Counted from the stretch's first letter, positions 16,729 to 27,837 are shown. The stretch is DNA of 64,000 nt from a virus (IMGVR_UViG_3300046167_000724), one strand, 5' to 3'. Made by a program: numbers and translations. The notes: a model not told the origin generated them from the sequence alone.

Positions 16729-19700
16729 ATGTTTGATGATATCTCCGGCATTAATGATGGACCCAACGGTTCAAAACTGCCATTACTTAGAAAAATACTA
16801 AAGCGTCCTTTATCTCATGAAGAGATGGACTACAACCTAAGATTAATTCACAACATCTTGGACGATTACCCTATTTTAGGTGGTGGCGTTGAAGGTGAAG
16901 TTATTGCTTCTGATTTAGGTAAATCACTAGTACTTAAAGAATACCCGGCAAGTTCGGGTGATTGGGTATGGGTATTTGAAGATATTTCAGGTGGTAACGG
17001 TACATCAGGTGTTAATGGATCTGCTGGTTCTTCAGGTACTGATGGTACTTCGGGTTCTTCTGGTACAGATGGTACTTCAGGAACTTCAGGTTTGACACCA
17101 ACTGCAGGTGGTTCACCTTATACATATAGATATGAAATAAATAATCCAGTGGGTTCGCCTCAGGTAACTCCAACTGCGGCTACAATTTCATTTAATACAC
17201 AATCTGGTGAATTATACATACCATTCATTGATCAAAACGGTATCGACCATTCTAATAGAATATGGATGATATTAAATCAAGACGCATTTGATCTTGATAT
17301 TATTAGTTTTACGTCAGCTAATGTGTATGACCATTATGAATTTGGTGCTACTAATTACTACACAGCTAATTACGGTGGTTTTGATTTTTATGTTGTTGAA
17401 GTATTACAATTTAATGGTAGTGTTACTTCAAATCCAGGCGGTAATGCTTCTGGCTTCGCAAATCATGCGGGTACAATGCCACAGGGTATTGTAAATCCAG
17501 AATGTATTGTAACTTTTGATAAGTGGATTGATCCAGCACAGGGTGTTGCGGGTTCAGATGGTACTTCAGGTACAGACGGTTCTTCAGGTTCAAGTGGTTC
17601 ATCAGGTTCTTCAGGTACAGATGGTACTTCAGGTACAGACGGTTCATCGGGTTCTTCAGGGACAGATGGTACTTCAGGTACAGATGGTGCTACAGGTTCA
17701 TCGGGTTCAAGTGGTACAGATGGTACTTCAGGAACTGATGGTTCTTCAGGCTCATCAGGGACAGATGGTTCTTCAGGAACAGATGGTACTTCAGGTACAG
17801 ACGGTATAGACGGTTCTTCAGGTTCAAGTGGTACAGATGGTACTTCAGGGACAGATGGTATAGACGGTTCATCGGGTTCTTCAGGGACAGATGGTACTTC
17901 AGGTACAGATGGTACTTCAGGTACAGATGGTACTTCAGGTACAGATGGTGCTACAGGTTCATCAGGTTCTTCAGGTACAGATGGTACTTCAGGTACAGAT
18001 GGTGCTACAGGTTCATCAGGTTCTTCAGGTACAGATGGTACTTCAGGTACAGATGGTGCTACAGGTTCATCAGGTTCTTCAGGTACAGATGGTGCTACAG
18101 GTTCATCAGGTTCTTCAGGTACAGATGGTACTTCAGGTACAGATGGTGCTACAGGTTCATCAGGTTCTTCAGGTACAGATGGTACTTCAGGAACAGATGG
18201 TATAGACGGTTCTTCAGGTTCTTCGGGGACAGATGGTACTTCAGGGACAGATGGAACTAATGGTTCTTCAGGTACTTCTGGAACAAGTGGTGTAGACGGT
18301 GCAGATGGTGTAGGTTCTGGTAGAATTTACTACTTTAACGATTCAATTATAGAGGTAGCAAGTACTAAACAACTTTCAATGGATCCTACGTCAGGCGCTG
18401 AAAGAACAGTTAGTGTGTCAGCTATTCAAAATACAGATACAAAAATAGAAGAGTACATTTCAACTCCGTTTGATTTCACAGTCATACCCGGTGGTGTACA
18501 AAGATTCTTCTTATGGATGACTAAAGAGAATCAAAACGACGATATAGAAGTTTATGTGGTTCTTAAAGTAACTGATAACTCAGGTAACGTACTTGCAACA
18601 GCAGGTACGTCACAGGCTGTAAATATCGGTTGGAATAATAATAATACAACTCCAGTATTTACGGAAGTAGATATTACTCTTGCGTCGGCTCCAGTTGCTA
18701 TTGGCCAAAGAATGCTAGTAGAAGTATGGACTAAAAATAACGTAAATCAAGATCGTGATGTTACTTTCTATACAGAAGGTGCTGCACATTATTCATATGT
18801 AATAACGACACTTTCATTAATTTCAGGGACTTCAGGTACAAGTGGTACATCAGGGACTTCAGGGACTTCAGGGACTTCAGGTACAGATGGCGCTACAGGT
18901 TCATCAGGTTCTTCAGGGACAGATGGTACTTCAGGTACAGATGGTGCTACAGGTTCATCGGGTTCAAGTGGTACAGATGGTACTTCAGGAACTGATGGTT
19001 CTTCGGGGACAGATGGTACTTCGGGGACAGATGGTACTTCAGGTACAGATGGTATAGACGGTTCATCAGGTTCTTCAGGGACAGATGGTACTTCAGGTAC
19101 AGATGGTATAGACGGTTCTTCAGGTTCAAGTGGTACAGATGGTACTTCAGGTACAGATGGTACTTCAGGAACTGATGGTTCTTCAGGAACTGATGGTTCT
19201 TCAGGAACTGATGGAACTAATGGTACTTCGGGCACAGATGGTTCATCAGGCTCATCAGGCACAGATGGAACTAATGGTTCTTCAGGAACAGATGGTTCAT
19301 CAGGTTCTTCAGGTACTGATGGTACATCAGGTACTGATGGTGCTACAGGTTCATCGGGTTCAAGTGGTACAGATGGTACTTCAGGAACTGATGGTTCTTC
19401 AGGCTCATCAGGGACAGATGGTTCTTCAGGAACAGATGGTATAGACGGTTCTTCAGGAACAGATGGAACTAATGGTTCTTCAGGGACAGATGGTACTTCA
19501 GGTACAGATGGTATAGACGGTTCTTCAGGTTCAAGTGGTACAGATGGTACTTCAGGTACTGATGGTTCATCAGGTACTGATGGCTCGAGCGGCACGGATG
19601 GTACTTCAGGTACTGATGGTATAGATGGAACTTCAGGTACAGATGGTACTTCAGGTACATCGGGTACTTCAGGTACAGATGGTACTTCAGGTTCAAGCGG

Positions 19701-22700
19701 TACAGACGGTTCTTCAGGTACAGATGGTGCTACAGGTACTTCAGGTACAGATGGTACTTCAGGTACAGATGGAACTAATGGTTCTTCAGGGACAGATGGA
19801 ACTAATGGTTCTTCAGGAACAGATGGTATAGATGGTTCTTCAGGAACGGACGGAACTAATGGTTCTTCAGGAACGGACGGAACTAATGGTTCTTCAGGAA
19901 CAGATGGTTCTTCAGGAACGGACGGTACTTCAGGAACGGACGGTACTTCAGGTACAGATGGTTCAAGTGGTACGGATGGTACTTCAGGTACAGATGGTGT
20001 AGATGGTACTTCAGGTACTGATGGTACATCAGGAACTTCAGGCTCATCAGGAACAGATGGTTCTTCGGGTTCTTCAGGAACTAATGGTTCATCAGGAACA
20101 GATGGTTCTTCGGGTACTTCAGGTACAGATGGCTCAAGTGGTACGGATGGTACTTCAGGTACAGATGGTATAGATGGTACTTCAGGTACTGATGGTACAT
20201 CGGGCACTTCAGGTTCTTCAGGTACAAGCGGTACGGATGGTACTTCAGGTACAGATGGTACTTCAGGTTCAAGTGGTACTGATGGTACTTCAGGTACTTC
20301 AGGTACATCAGGTACAAACGGGACTTCTGGTACAGATGGTACATCGGGTACAAGTGGTACATCAGGTACATCAGGTACAGATGGTTCAAGCGGTACTGAT
20401 GGTACTTCAGGAACTTCAGGAACAGATGGAACTTCAGGCACGGACGGTACTTCAGGAACTTCAGGTTCAAGTGGTACATCAGGTTCAAGTGGTACATCAG
20501 GTACGTCAGGTACGGATGGAACTTCAGGAACGTCAGGTTCAAGTGGTACGGACGGTTCAAGTGGTACAGATGGCACAAGTGGTACAGATGGTACTTCAGG
20601 TACAGATGGCACTTCAGGTACATCAGGTTCTTCGGGAACAGATGGTACAAGTGGTACGTCAGGTTCTTCAGGAACAGATGGTACAAGTGGTACTGATGGT
20701 ACGAGTGGAACGGACGGTTCAAGTGGTACAAGCGGTACAGATGGTACTTCAGGTACAGATGGTACTTCAGGTACGTCAGGTACTGATGGTACTTCAGGTA
20801 CTTCAGGAACATCAGGTTCTTCAGGAACAGATGGTACGTCAGGAACAGATGGCTCTTCAGGCACATCAGGTACGGATGGAACTTCAGGAACAGATGGCAC
20901 ATCGGGTACATCAGGTACTGATGGTACATCGGGTACATCGGGTACATCGGGTACATCAGGTACATCAGGTTCTTCGGGAACAGATGGTACGTCGGGTACA
21001 GACGGTACATCAGGTACTTCAGGTACAGATGGTACAAGTGGAACATCAGGTTCTTCGGGAACAGATGGTTCTTCAGGTACGTCAGGAACTTCGGGTACGT
21101 CAGGATCTTCGGGTACGTCAGGTTCTTCTGGAACAGATGGGACTTCAGGTACTGATGGTACAAGTGGTACTTCAGGTTCTTCAGGCACAAGTGGTTCAAG
21201 CGGTACTGATGGTACTTCAGGTACTTCAGGGTCTTCAGGTACATCAGGTTCTTCTGGAACAGATGGGACTTCAGGTACAGATGGATCTTCGGGAACTTCA
21301 GGTACAGATGGTTCTTCAGGAACAGATGGTACATCAGGTACATCAGGTTCTTCAGGAACTTCAGGCTCATCAGGAACATCAGGCACATCAGGTTCTTCTG
21401 GAACAGATGGTACTTCTGGAACAGACGGTACTTCAGGAACTTCAGGTTCAAGTGGTACAGACGGAACAAGTGGTACATCAGGTTCTTCAGGGACTTCGGG
21501 AACATCAGGTTCTTCAGGAACTTCAGGTTCATCAGGTACAAGTGGCTCAAGCGGTACGGATGGTACTTCAGGAACTTCGGGTTCAAGTGGTACAGACGGA
21601 ACAAGTGGTACATCAGGTTCTTCAGGGACTTCGGGAACATCAGGTTCTTCAGGAACTTCAGGTTCTTCTGGAACGGATGGTACTTCAGGAACAGACGGCA
21701 CATCAGGAACAGACGGTACATCAGGAACAAGTGGTACTTCAGGTACTTCAGGTTCTTCAGGTACTTCAGGTACTGATGGTACTTCAGGAACTTCAGGTTC
21801 ATCGGGTACAAGTGGTTCAAGTGGTACGGATGGTACTTCAGGAACAGACGGTACGTCTGGTACAGATGGTACTTCAGGAACTTCAGGTTCTTCGGGAACA
21901 TCAGGAACATCAGGTTCATCAGGCACATCAGGAACATCAGGTTCATCAGGTACAGATGGTACAAGTGGTACAGACGGTACTTCAGGTACAAGTGGTTCTT
22001 CAGGAACTTCAGGTACTGACGGTACTTCGGGTACAAGTGGAACATCAGGAACATCAGGGACATCAGGAACATCAGGTTCATCAGGTACAGATGGTACTTC
22101 AGGTACAGATGGTACTTCAGGTACAAGTGGTTCATCAGGTACAAGTGGTTCATCGGGTACATCAGGTACATCAGGTACTAGCGGTTCATCGGGAACTTCA
22201 GGTTCATCAGGTACTTCAGGTACAGATGGTACTTCAGGTACAGATGGTACATCAGGAACTTCAGGCTCATCAGGAACAAGTGGTTCATCAGGAACTTCAG
22301 GTTCAAGTGGTACAAGTGGTTCATCGGGAACTTCAGGTTCATCAGGTACTTCAGGTACAGATGGTACTTCAGGTACAGATGGTACATCAGGAACTTCAGG
22401 TTCATCAGGAACAAGTGGTTCATCGGGTACATCAGGAACAAGTGGTACTTCAGGTTCTTCTGGTACTTCAGGTTCATCAGGAACAGATGGTACTTCAGGA
22501 ACGGATGGTACTTCAGGTACATCAGGTACTTCTGGTTCTTCAGGGACTAGCGGTTCTTCAGGAACATCAGGCACATCAGGCACTAGCGGTTCTTCTGGTA
22601 CTTCAGGTTCATCAGGAACAGATGGTACTTCAGGAACAGATGGTACATCAGGTACTTCTGGTTCTTCAGGGACTAGCGGTTCTTCAGGAACATCAGGCAC

Positions 22701-24771
22701 ATCAGGCACTAGCGGTTCATCGGGAACTTCAGGTTCATCAGGAACAGATGGTACTTCAGGAACGGATGGTACATCGGGTACTTCTGGCTCATCAGGCACA
22801 TCAGGTTCTTCTGGTACAAGTGGTTCTTCAGGAACTTCAGGTTCAAGTGGTACAAGTGGTACAAGTGGCTCATCGGGAACAGACGGAACTTCAGGAACAG
22901 ATGGAACTTCAGGTACAAGTGGCTCATCAGGAACATCAGGCTCATCAGGAACTTCAGGTTCAAGTGGTACGAGCGGTACATCAGGTTCATCAGGTACTTC
23001 AGGTACAGACGGTACATCAGGTACAAGTGGATCAAGCGGTACATCAGGTACTTCGGGTACTTCAGGTACTTCTGGGTCTTCAGGTACATCAGGTTCAAGT
23101 GGTACGAGTGGCACATCAGGTTCTTCAGGTACTGATGGTACTTCAGGCACAGACGGAACTTCAGGTACAGACGGAACTTCTGGAACATCAGGTTCATCTG
23201 GAACATCAGGTTCATCAGGGACTTCAGGTTCATCGGGAACTTCAGGAACATCAGGTTCAAGTGGTACAGATGGTACTTCAGGAACAAGTGGGTCATCAGG
23301 AACAAGTGGGTCATCAGGAACTTCAGGTACTTCAGGTACATCAGGTACAAGTGGCTCGAGCGGGACAAGTGGAACTTCAGGTACAAGTGGCACGGACGGT
23401 ACATCAGGTACTGATGGTACTTCAGGTACTGATGGTACATCAGGAACTTCAGGTTCTTCAGGAACTTCGGGTTCTTCGGGGACTTCAGGTTCATCAGGAA
23501 CTTCAGGTACTTCTGGTTCTTCAGGTACAGATGGTACTTCAGGAACTTCTGGTTCATCAGGAACTTCAGGTTCATCAGGAACTTCAGGAACTTCAGGCTC
23601 ATCAGGAACTTCAGGTTCTTCGGGAACTTCAGGTTCATCAGGTACAAGTGGTTCAAGTGGTACGGATGGTACATCAGGAACAGATGGTACTTCTGGAACG
23701 GACGGTACTTCAGGAACTTCAGGAACTTCAGGAACTTCAGGAACTTCAGGTACGGACGGCACTTCAGGGACGGATGGTTCATCAGGAACTTCTGGTACGT
23801 CTGGTACTTCTGGTACGGACGGCACATCAGGAACAAATGGCACATCAGGTACAAGTGGCACATCAGGTACAAGTGGTACATCAGGTACAAGTGGATCAAG
23901 CGGTACATCGGGTACTTCAGGTACAGATGGAACTTCTGGTACGTCTGGTACTTCTGGTACAAATGGTACTTCAGGAACGAGTGGTACATCGGGAACAAGC
24001 GGTACAAGTGGATCAAGCGGTACATCGGGTACTTCAGGTACATCAGGTGACCCGGGTGACCCAGGGACGTCAGGTACATCAGGAACATCAGGACTACCGG
24101 GTGATCCAGGTGACCCAGGAACATCAGGTACATCAGGTACTTCAGGTACAGAAGGAGATAATTGGACATCTTATGGATCAAATCCTGCCGGTCCTGGCGC
24201 AAATGTGGGTGACCAACATTTAAACACAACAACTGGTGAAGTATTCCAATGGAATGGAAGCGCGTGGGTATCAACTGGTAATATTAAAGGAGCTGATGGT
24301 AATAACGGTACATCAGGAACTTCAGGTACTTCAGGTACAGATGGTGTTTCATATACTGAAGTTTCTATTAATTCAATACCTGCTTCACTAAGTATAACTA
24401 ACTTTATTAATAATGGTAACTCATGGCGTGACGCGTTTGTAGTAGTACCTACAGAATATGATGGATGGTATATACATGGTTACGTTGTAGCATACGGTGA
24501 TGCATGGCCTTCAGCAAATAATACATTTACTGTTGAACTTAGAAATCAAGTTGCACCAACTGCTCAGGTTGTTGTAGCATCTTTTAATTATTCACACCCT
24601 TCAGCAACTAGGGCGTGGGGTGATTATATTACGCCAGTTCAAGTTACGGCTGGATATACTATAAACATTGCGTTTAATTCAAACGGTGGGATTCCTGCTG
24701 GTGGTAATGCTTCGGGTTATACTGCAACTTTATTATTACTTCCAACTTCTAATAACCCATTCACACCATAA
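16729..24771 (+). CDS. Giant collagen-like (Gly-X-Y) fibre protein
   Basis: 2680 aa; GTS/GSS/GTD/GAT/GID/GTN triplets separated by small globular domains; C-terminal beta-rich head. Confidence 0.85.
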   Translation: MFDDISGINDGPNGSKLPLLRKILKRPLSHEEMDYNLRLIHNILDDYPILGGGVEGEVIASDLGKSLVLKEYPASSGDWVWVFEDISGGNGTSGVNGSAGSSGTDGTSGSSGTDGTSGTSGLTPTAGGSPYTYRYEINNPVGSPQVTPTAATISFNTQSGELYIPFIDQNGIDHSNRIWMILNQDAFDLDIISFTSANVYDHYEFGATNYYTANYGGFDFYVVEVLQFNGSVTSNPGGNASGFANHAGTMPQGIVNPECIVTFDKWIDPAQGVAGSDGTSGTDGSSGSSGSSGSSGTDGTSGTDGSSGSSGTDGTSGTDGATGSSGSSGTDGTSGTDGSSGSSGTDGSSGTDGTSGTDGIDGSSGSSGTDGTSGTDGIDGSSGSSGTDGTSGTDGTSGTDGTSGTDGATGSSGSSGTDGTSGTDGATGSSGSSGTDGTSGTDGATGSSGSSGTDGATGSSGSSGTDGTSGTDGATGSSGSSGTDGTSGTDGIDGSSGSSGTDGTSGTDGTNGSSGTSGTSGVDGADGVGSGRIYYFNDSIIEVASTKQLSMDPTSGAERTVSVSAIQNTDTKIEEYISTPFDFTVIPGGVQRFFLWMTKENQNDDIEVYVVLKVTDNSGNVLATAGTSQAVNIGWNNNNTTPVFTEVDITLASAPVAIGQRMLVEVWTKNNVNQDRDVTFYTEGAAHYSYVITTLSLISGTSGTSGTSGTSGTSGTSGTDGATGSSGSSGTDGTSGTDGATGSSGSSGTDGTSGTDGSSGTDGTSGTDGTSGTDGIDGSSGSSGTDGTSGTDGIDGSSGSSGTDGTSGTDGTSGTDGSSGTDGSSGTDGTNGTSGTDGSSGSSGTDGTNGSSGTDGSSGSSGTDGTSGTDGATGSSGSSGTDGTSGTDGSSGSSGTDGSSGTDGIDGSSGTDGTNGSSGTDGTSGTDGIDGSSGSSGTDGTSGTDGSSGTDGSSGTDGTSGTDGIDGTSGTDGTSGTSGTSGTDGTSGSSGTDGSSGTDGATGTSGTDGTSGTDGTNGSSGTDGTNGSSGTDGIDGSSGTDGTNGSSGTDGTNGSSGTDGSSGTDGTSGTDGTSGTDGSSGTDGTSGTDGVDGTSGTDGTSGTSGSSGTDGSSGSSGTNGSSGTDGSSGTSGTDGSSGTDGTSGTDGIDGTSGTDGTSGTSGSSGTSGTDGTSGTDGTSGSSGTDGTSGTSGTSGTNGTSGTDGTSGTSGTSGTSGTDGSSGTDGTSGTSGTDGTSGTDGTSGTSGSSGTSGSSGTSGTSGTDGTSGTSGSSGTDGSSGTDGTSGTDGTSGTDGTSGTSGSSGTDGTSGTSGSSGTDGTSGTDGTSGTDGSSGTSGTDGTSGTDGTSGTSGTDGTSGTSGTSGSSGTDGTSGTDGSSGTSGTDGTSGTDGTSGTSGTDGTSGTSGTSGTSGTSGSSGTDGTSGTDGTSGTSGTDGTSGTSGSSGTDGSSGTSGTSGTSGSSGTSGSSGTDGTSGTDGTSGTSGSSGTSGSSGTDGTSGTSGSSGTSGSSGTDGTSGTDGSSGTSGTDGSSGTDGTSGTSGSSGTSGSSGTSGTSGSSGTDGTSGTDGTSGTSGSSGTDGTSGTSGSSGTSGTSGSSGTSGSSGTSGSSGTDGTSGTSGSSGTDGTSGTSGSSGTSGTSGSSGTSGSSGTDGTSGTDGTSGTDGTSGTSGTSGTSGSSGTSGTDGTSGTSGSSGTSGSSGTDGTSGTDGTSGTDGTSGTSGSSGTSGTSGSSGTSGTSGSSGTDGTSGTDGTSGTSGSSGTSGTDGTSGTSGTSGTSGTSGTSGSSGTDGTSGTDGTSGTSGSSGTSGSSGTSGTSGTSGSSGTSGSSGTSGTDGTSGTDGTSGTSGSSGTSGSSGTSGSSGTSGSSGTSGSSGTSGTDGTSGTDGTSGTSGSSGTSGSSGTSGTSGTSGSSGTSGSSGTDGTSGTDGTSGTSGTSGSSGTSGSSGTSGTSGTSGSSGTSGSSGTDGTSGTDGTSGTSGSSGTSGSSGTSGTSGTSGSSGTSGSSGTDGTSGTDGTSGTSGSSGTSGSSGTSGSSGTSGSSGTSGTSGSSGTDGTSGTDGTSGTSGSSGTSGSSGTSGSSGTSGTSGSSGTSGTDGTSGTSGSSGTSGTSGTSGTSGSSGTSGSSGTSGTSGSSGTDGTSGTDGTSGTDGTSGTSGSSGTSGSSGTSGSSGTSGTSGSSGTDGTSGTSGSSGTSGSSGTSGTSGTSGTSGSSGTSGTSGTSGTDGTSGTDGTSGTDGTSGTSGSSGTSGSSGTSGSSGTSGTSGSSGTDGTSGTSGSSGTSGSSGTSGTSGSSGTSGSSGTSGSSGTSGSSGTDGTSGTDGTSGTDGTSGTSGTSGTSGTSGTDGTSGTDGSSGTSGTSGTSGTDGTSGTNGTSGTSGTSGTSGTSGTSGSSGTSGTSGTDGTSGTSGTSGTNGTSGTSGTSGTSGTSGSSGTSGTSGTSGDPGDPGTSGTSGTSGLPGDPGDPGTSGTSGTSGTEGDNWTSYGSNPAGPGANVGDQHLNTTTGEVFQWNGSAWVSTGNIKGADGNNGTSGTSGTSGTDGVSYTEVSINSIPASLSITNFINNGNSWRDAFVVVPTEYDGWYIHGYVVAYGDAWPSANNTFTVELRNQVAPTAQVVVASFNYSHPSATRAWGDYITPVQVTAGYTINIAFNSNGGIPAGGNASGYTATLLLLPTSNNPFTP
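17545..18320 (+). repeat. 9-bp-period coding repeat block 1 (collagen-like)
   Basis: ggtacttca/ggtacagat/ggttcttca units. Confidence 0.9.
18826..24150 (+). repeat. 9-bp-period coding repeat block 2 (about 5.3 kb)
   Basis: Gly in every third position throughout as far as I read it. Confidence 0.9.
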
Positions 24772-24791
24772 TTAATATAAATAAATAACAT

Positions 24792-26339
24792 ATGAGCAAT
24801 TGGTTATCAGTATTTGGAAGGGATTATGGCGTACCAGACCCTTGTGTAGAAAATCTATACGGGGTCTGCTTCGACGGTGTAAGTAGTTATGCTATTAATA
24901 GTGCAGGTATACTAGGTCCAGATACAAGTGCCGGTGGTACTAAGAAAATGTGGGTTAGTGTATGGGTTAAAGATATGTCAACTGCTGCGACCGATGTCGG
25001 TGAATCTATATTTAGCCAAGGTATTTCAAGTAATACTAGTAACGATTGGTTTAGAATTACATATAGGGCTCAAGCTTCAGGTGGAGCGCCAAGAAACCAA
25101 ATTGAATTAGAATGGAGAGTTAACGGTACTACTAATAGAGCTAGAGAGTTTTATAGATTATATTCTAGCAATTCTACTATAACGGGTGCTTCTTCAGATA
25201 CTGATTATTGGATTGATGGTAATACTAACATAAATACCAATGCTGACGGGTTTGTACATCTTTTATGGATAATGGACTTACCTCAAACCGGTACTTCTAT
25301 AAATACAGGTACTACTGATTTTAATTTATATTGGAATGGCCAACTTATGACGGCAACTCATGCTATTAATATGACTGGTACTTCAGGAGTTACAAATATT
25401 GCTGGCTCTGAGTTATCTATAGGTAGAGATACAGCTAATAGTGGTTCATATTGGAAAGGTATGCTAGATGAACTTTTTGTTATAAGTAAGGACCAAAGCG
25501 CACCATTTATGACAGAATACGGATTAAGTACTAATCAAGATATTGCTGATTACCTTTGGAACACTGGATGTCCAGGTGATTTAGGTAACGATAATAGATG
25601 GAACTTTAACTGGTGGAGATTTGAAAATAGTTGGAGTGCTAGGTCGGGTACAAATGCATGGAATCCTATTAATTCACCTTCTTTTGGTTCTTTTCCGAAT
25701 GGATGTTCATTTGCTGCAGCAGCAATAACATGTACTGAGAACTTATATTTAGCAGATTTTTATCATGCATCAAATATTCAAGTAGCTTCTAATAGCAGTG
25801 CTGATGTTTATGCTAGAATATCTAATAATCCAAATGACTTTGATAATTATGTTGGTTCGATCAATGGTTTAATGACATGGCAAATGATAGGTGCTTCTTT
25901 TATAGATAATGGTACTACTGTTGATACATCAACCGGTGATATTTATCAAGGGTCTGACTATTGGGTTAGAATGAAAGTATTAGATGGTGATGGAAATTCA
26001 CAAGCAATACCTTCGGTTGCAGGCGGAACATCTAACCCTAACACTGTAACATTTGATGAAAAAGATCCAACATCAGGTCAACTTACTGGTAATTCTGTAA
26101 CCTTCCAATGTATACAAGACGGTGTTAGCATTACAACCTCAGGCGCGGCTCAATTTATATTTAAAGCTAGAGCTATATCACAAACTGGTTTTGGTTTTTC
26201 AACACCTGGATATACGTTTTATCCACCTGTTAGTTCTACAGGTAATACACAAGGTACATTTTGTACAGCTTGGAGTTCTAATACACCTATTTATAGTATA
26301 ACTGCAGAAAACTTCTATACAACTGATTTTAATTATTAA
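24792..26339 (+). CDS. LamG/concanavalin-A-like fibre or adhesin protein
   Basis: CFDGVSSY, WVSVWVK, LYWNG, WKGMLDELFV, WWRFE pattern. Confidence 0.65.
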   Translation: MSNWLSVFGRDYGVPDPCVENLYGVCFDGVSSYAINSAGILGPDTSAGGTKKMWVSVWVKDMSTAATDVGESIFSQGISSNTSNDWFRITYRAQASGGAPRNQIELEWRVNGTTNRAREFYRLYSSNSTITGASSDTDYWIDGNTNINTNADGFVHLLWIMDLPQTGTSINTGTTDFNLYWNGQLMTATHAINMTGTSGVTNIAGSELSIGRDTANSGSYWKGMLDELFVISKDQSAPFMTEYGLSTNQDIADYLWNTGCPGDLGNDNRWNFNWWRFENSWSARSGTNAWNPINSPSFGSFPNGCSFAAAAITCTENLYLADFYHASNIQVASNSSADVYARISNNPNDFDNYVGSINGLMTWQMIGASFIDNGTTVDTSTGDIYQGSDYWVRMKVLDGDGNSQAIPSVAGGTSNPNTVTFDEKDPTSGQLTGNSVTFQCIQDGVSITTSGAAQFIFKARAISQTGFGFSTPGYTFYPPVSSTGNTQGTFCTAWSSNTPIYSITAENFYTTDFNY

Positions 26340-26341
26340 TT

Positions 26342-27595
26342 ATGGCAAGAGCAAGAGACGCATCAAAGATAGTATTGACATGGACTCCACAAGTTGGCGT
26401 CTATGGGCAAACATTACAAAGAAGATTATTAGGCTCTTCTACATGGACTAATATATTTGGATCACAAGGGTCAGGTGTAAGTACATATACTGATACATTT
26501 GGCCCTGGACAAACGCACGAGGCTACTGATATGCCGCACACGTCTTATGAATATAGGATAAAGAATACAAATTACTATGCACCTGATACATTTACAAGTG
26601 TAGATACGGTTGTATGTAAAAACTGTCCAACTGCCGGGGTTACTAATATCTTTGGATTTAAAAACGAGACTAACGGAGGTGGTAATGTTTTAGATTTCAC
26701 GTGGTTTGACCCAGAAGCTGAATGGCTAAATAGCAACTGGAATACTAGTAAATCTACGGCTAGAAATATCACTATTTCTAGCCAATCATCTGGCAGTGAA
26801 ATTGAATTAAGTTGTCATAAATGCGGTGAGGATATTGACTATTCTTTAAATATGATGAGTGGTACAACAACAGTTAACGGTGATTTTTCTTATATGACTG
26901 ATTATATAAGTATCGCATCATGGCTTCCAACGCCTATACCAGCATTTGGTTTTAACTCTAACTCTAATATGGGTAATATAGTTAAAAAATTAGACGTCGT
27001 AAACACATCTTCAATTGCAGTTTCAAAATTTCAATTAGGCGTCGGAAACATATATAACTCTACATTCTATCCATTTACTGGTAAAAAAATGTCTGGATTC
27101 GGCAGCGCGACTACGCAACCTACATACGCATCAGCATATGGTGATTATAATTTTAAATATATTCCAAATACTACGAATAGTAATAATATATTTACGGGTA
27201 TTAGAATAGGGTCGAGTTACGGCTCGGCATTCGATAGTGCACTTGCAGCTATATCGGGTAATAGTACATATGTCGCGATTGTAGATGAACAGTTTACACA
27301 GAATGCTATAGCCGCGAATACTCCTTACAAATGCCATATGCACATGTATAAGCTTACTAGATGGAGCGCATGGGATTACAATAGCGGTTCGGGCTCTGGA
27401 TACCAATACAATTCTAGGGGATTCCAAATGCTATACCACAATACTTTGGTTATACCTATTTCAGGTTCAAATGATACTTATCGAATAAGTTCAACACTTC
27501 ACTCTGATGTTAATTTTTATACTGAAGATCCATCTACAACTAATGCAAACCTTAGAAATCAACCAACAGTATATCTAAAAATATTTACAGTATAA
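26342..27595 (+). CDS. Putative virion fibre/adhesin protein (FN3-like N-terminus)
   Basis: IVLTW...QRR...W...TYTDT...YEYRI; S/T/N/G-rich. Confidence 0.5.
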   Translation: MARARDASKIVLTWTPQVGVYGQTLQRRLLGSSTWTNIFGSQGSGVSTYTDTFGPGQTHEATDMPHTSYEYRIKNTNYYAPDTFTSVDTVVCKNCPTAGVTNIFGFKNETNGGGNVLDFTWFDPEAEWLNSNWNTSKSTARNITISSQSSGSEIELSCHKCGEDIDYSLNMMSGTTTVNGDFSYMTDYISIASWLPTPIPAFGFNSNSNMGNIVKKLDVVNTSSIAVSKFQLGVGNIYNSTFYPFTGKKMSGFGSATTQPTYASAYGDYNFKYIPNTTNSNNIFTGIRIGSSYGSAFDSALAAISGNSTYVAIVDEQFTQNAIAANTPYKCHMHMYKLTRWSAWDYNSGSGSGYQYNSRGFQMLYHNTLVIPISGSNDTYRISSTLHSDVNFYTEDPSTTNANLRNQPTVYLKIFTV

Positions 27596-27837
27596 TGAGA
27601 CTTTATGCAATAATATCTATTGAATACATCAATTTAATCAATTGGCTTGAGGTCATGGGTGAAAGAGATACTGTAAGAAAATCTTTAGATGGCACTAAGT
27701 TTTTAGTTTCATTCTTTAAAGAGTATCAAGCTGAATTAGAATCTTTAACTGACACTACATCTTACAATGGTATGGAAATTGAAAATATTATCAATACGCC
27801 AGAATGGACTATAGACGATGGTCTAGATGAAGAATAA
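27595..27837 (+). CDS. Small fibre-associated phage protein
   Basis: INWLEV...TVRKSLDGTK...PEWT motif, common after LamG fibre genes. Confidence 0.55.
   Translation: MRLYAIISIEYINLINWLEVMGERDTVRKSLDGTKFLVSFFKEYQAELESLTDTTSYNGMEIENIINTPEWTIDDGLDEE

Noticed and set aside
18789-23861. 1690-aa minus-strand ORF (VP-E/D repeats) and the long alternate-frame ORFs of up to 1349 aa
   Set aside because: Shadows of the 9-bp collagen repeat, which lacks stops in several frames; no start context or promoter
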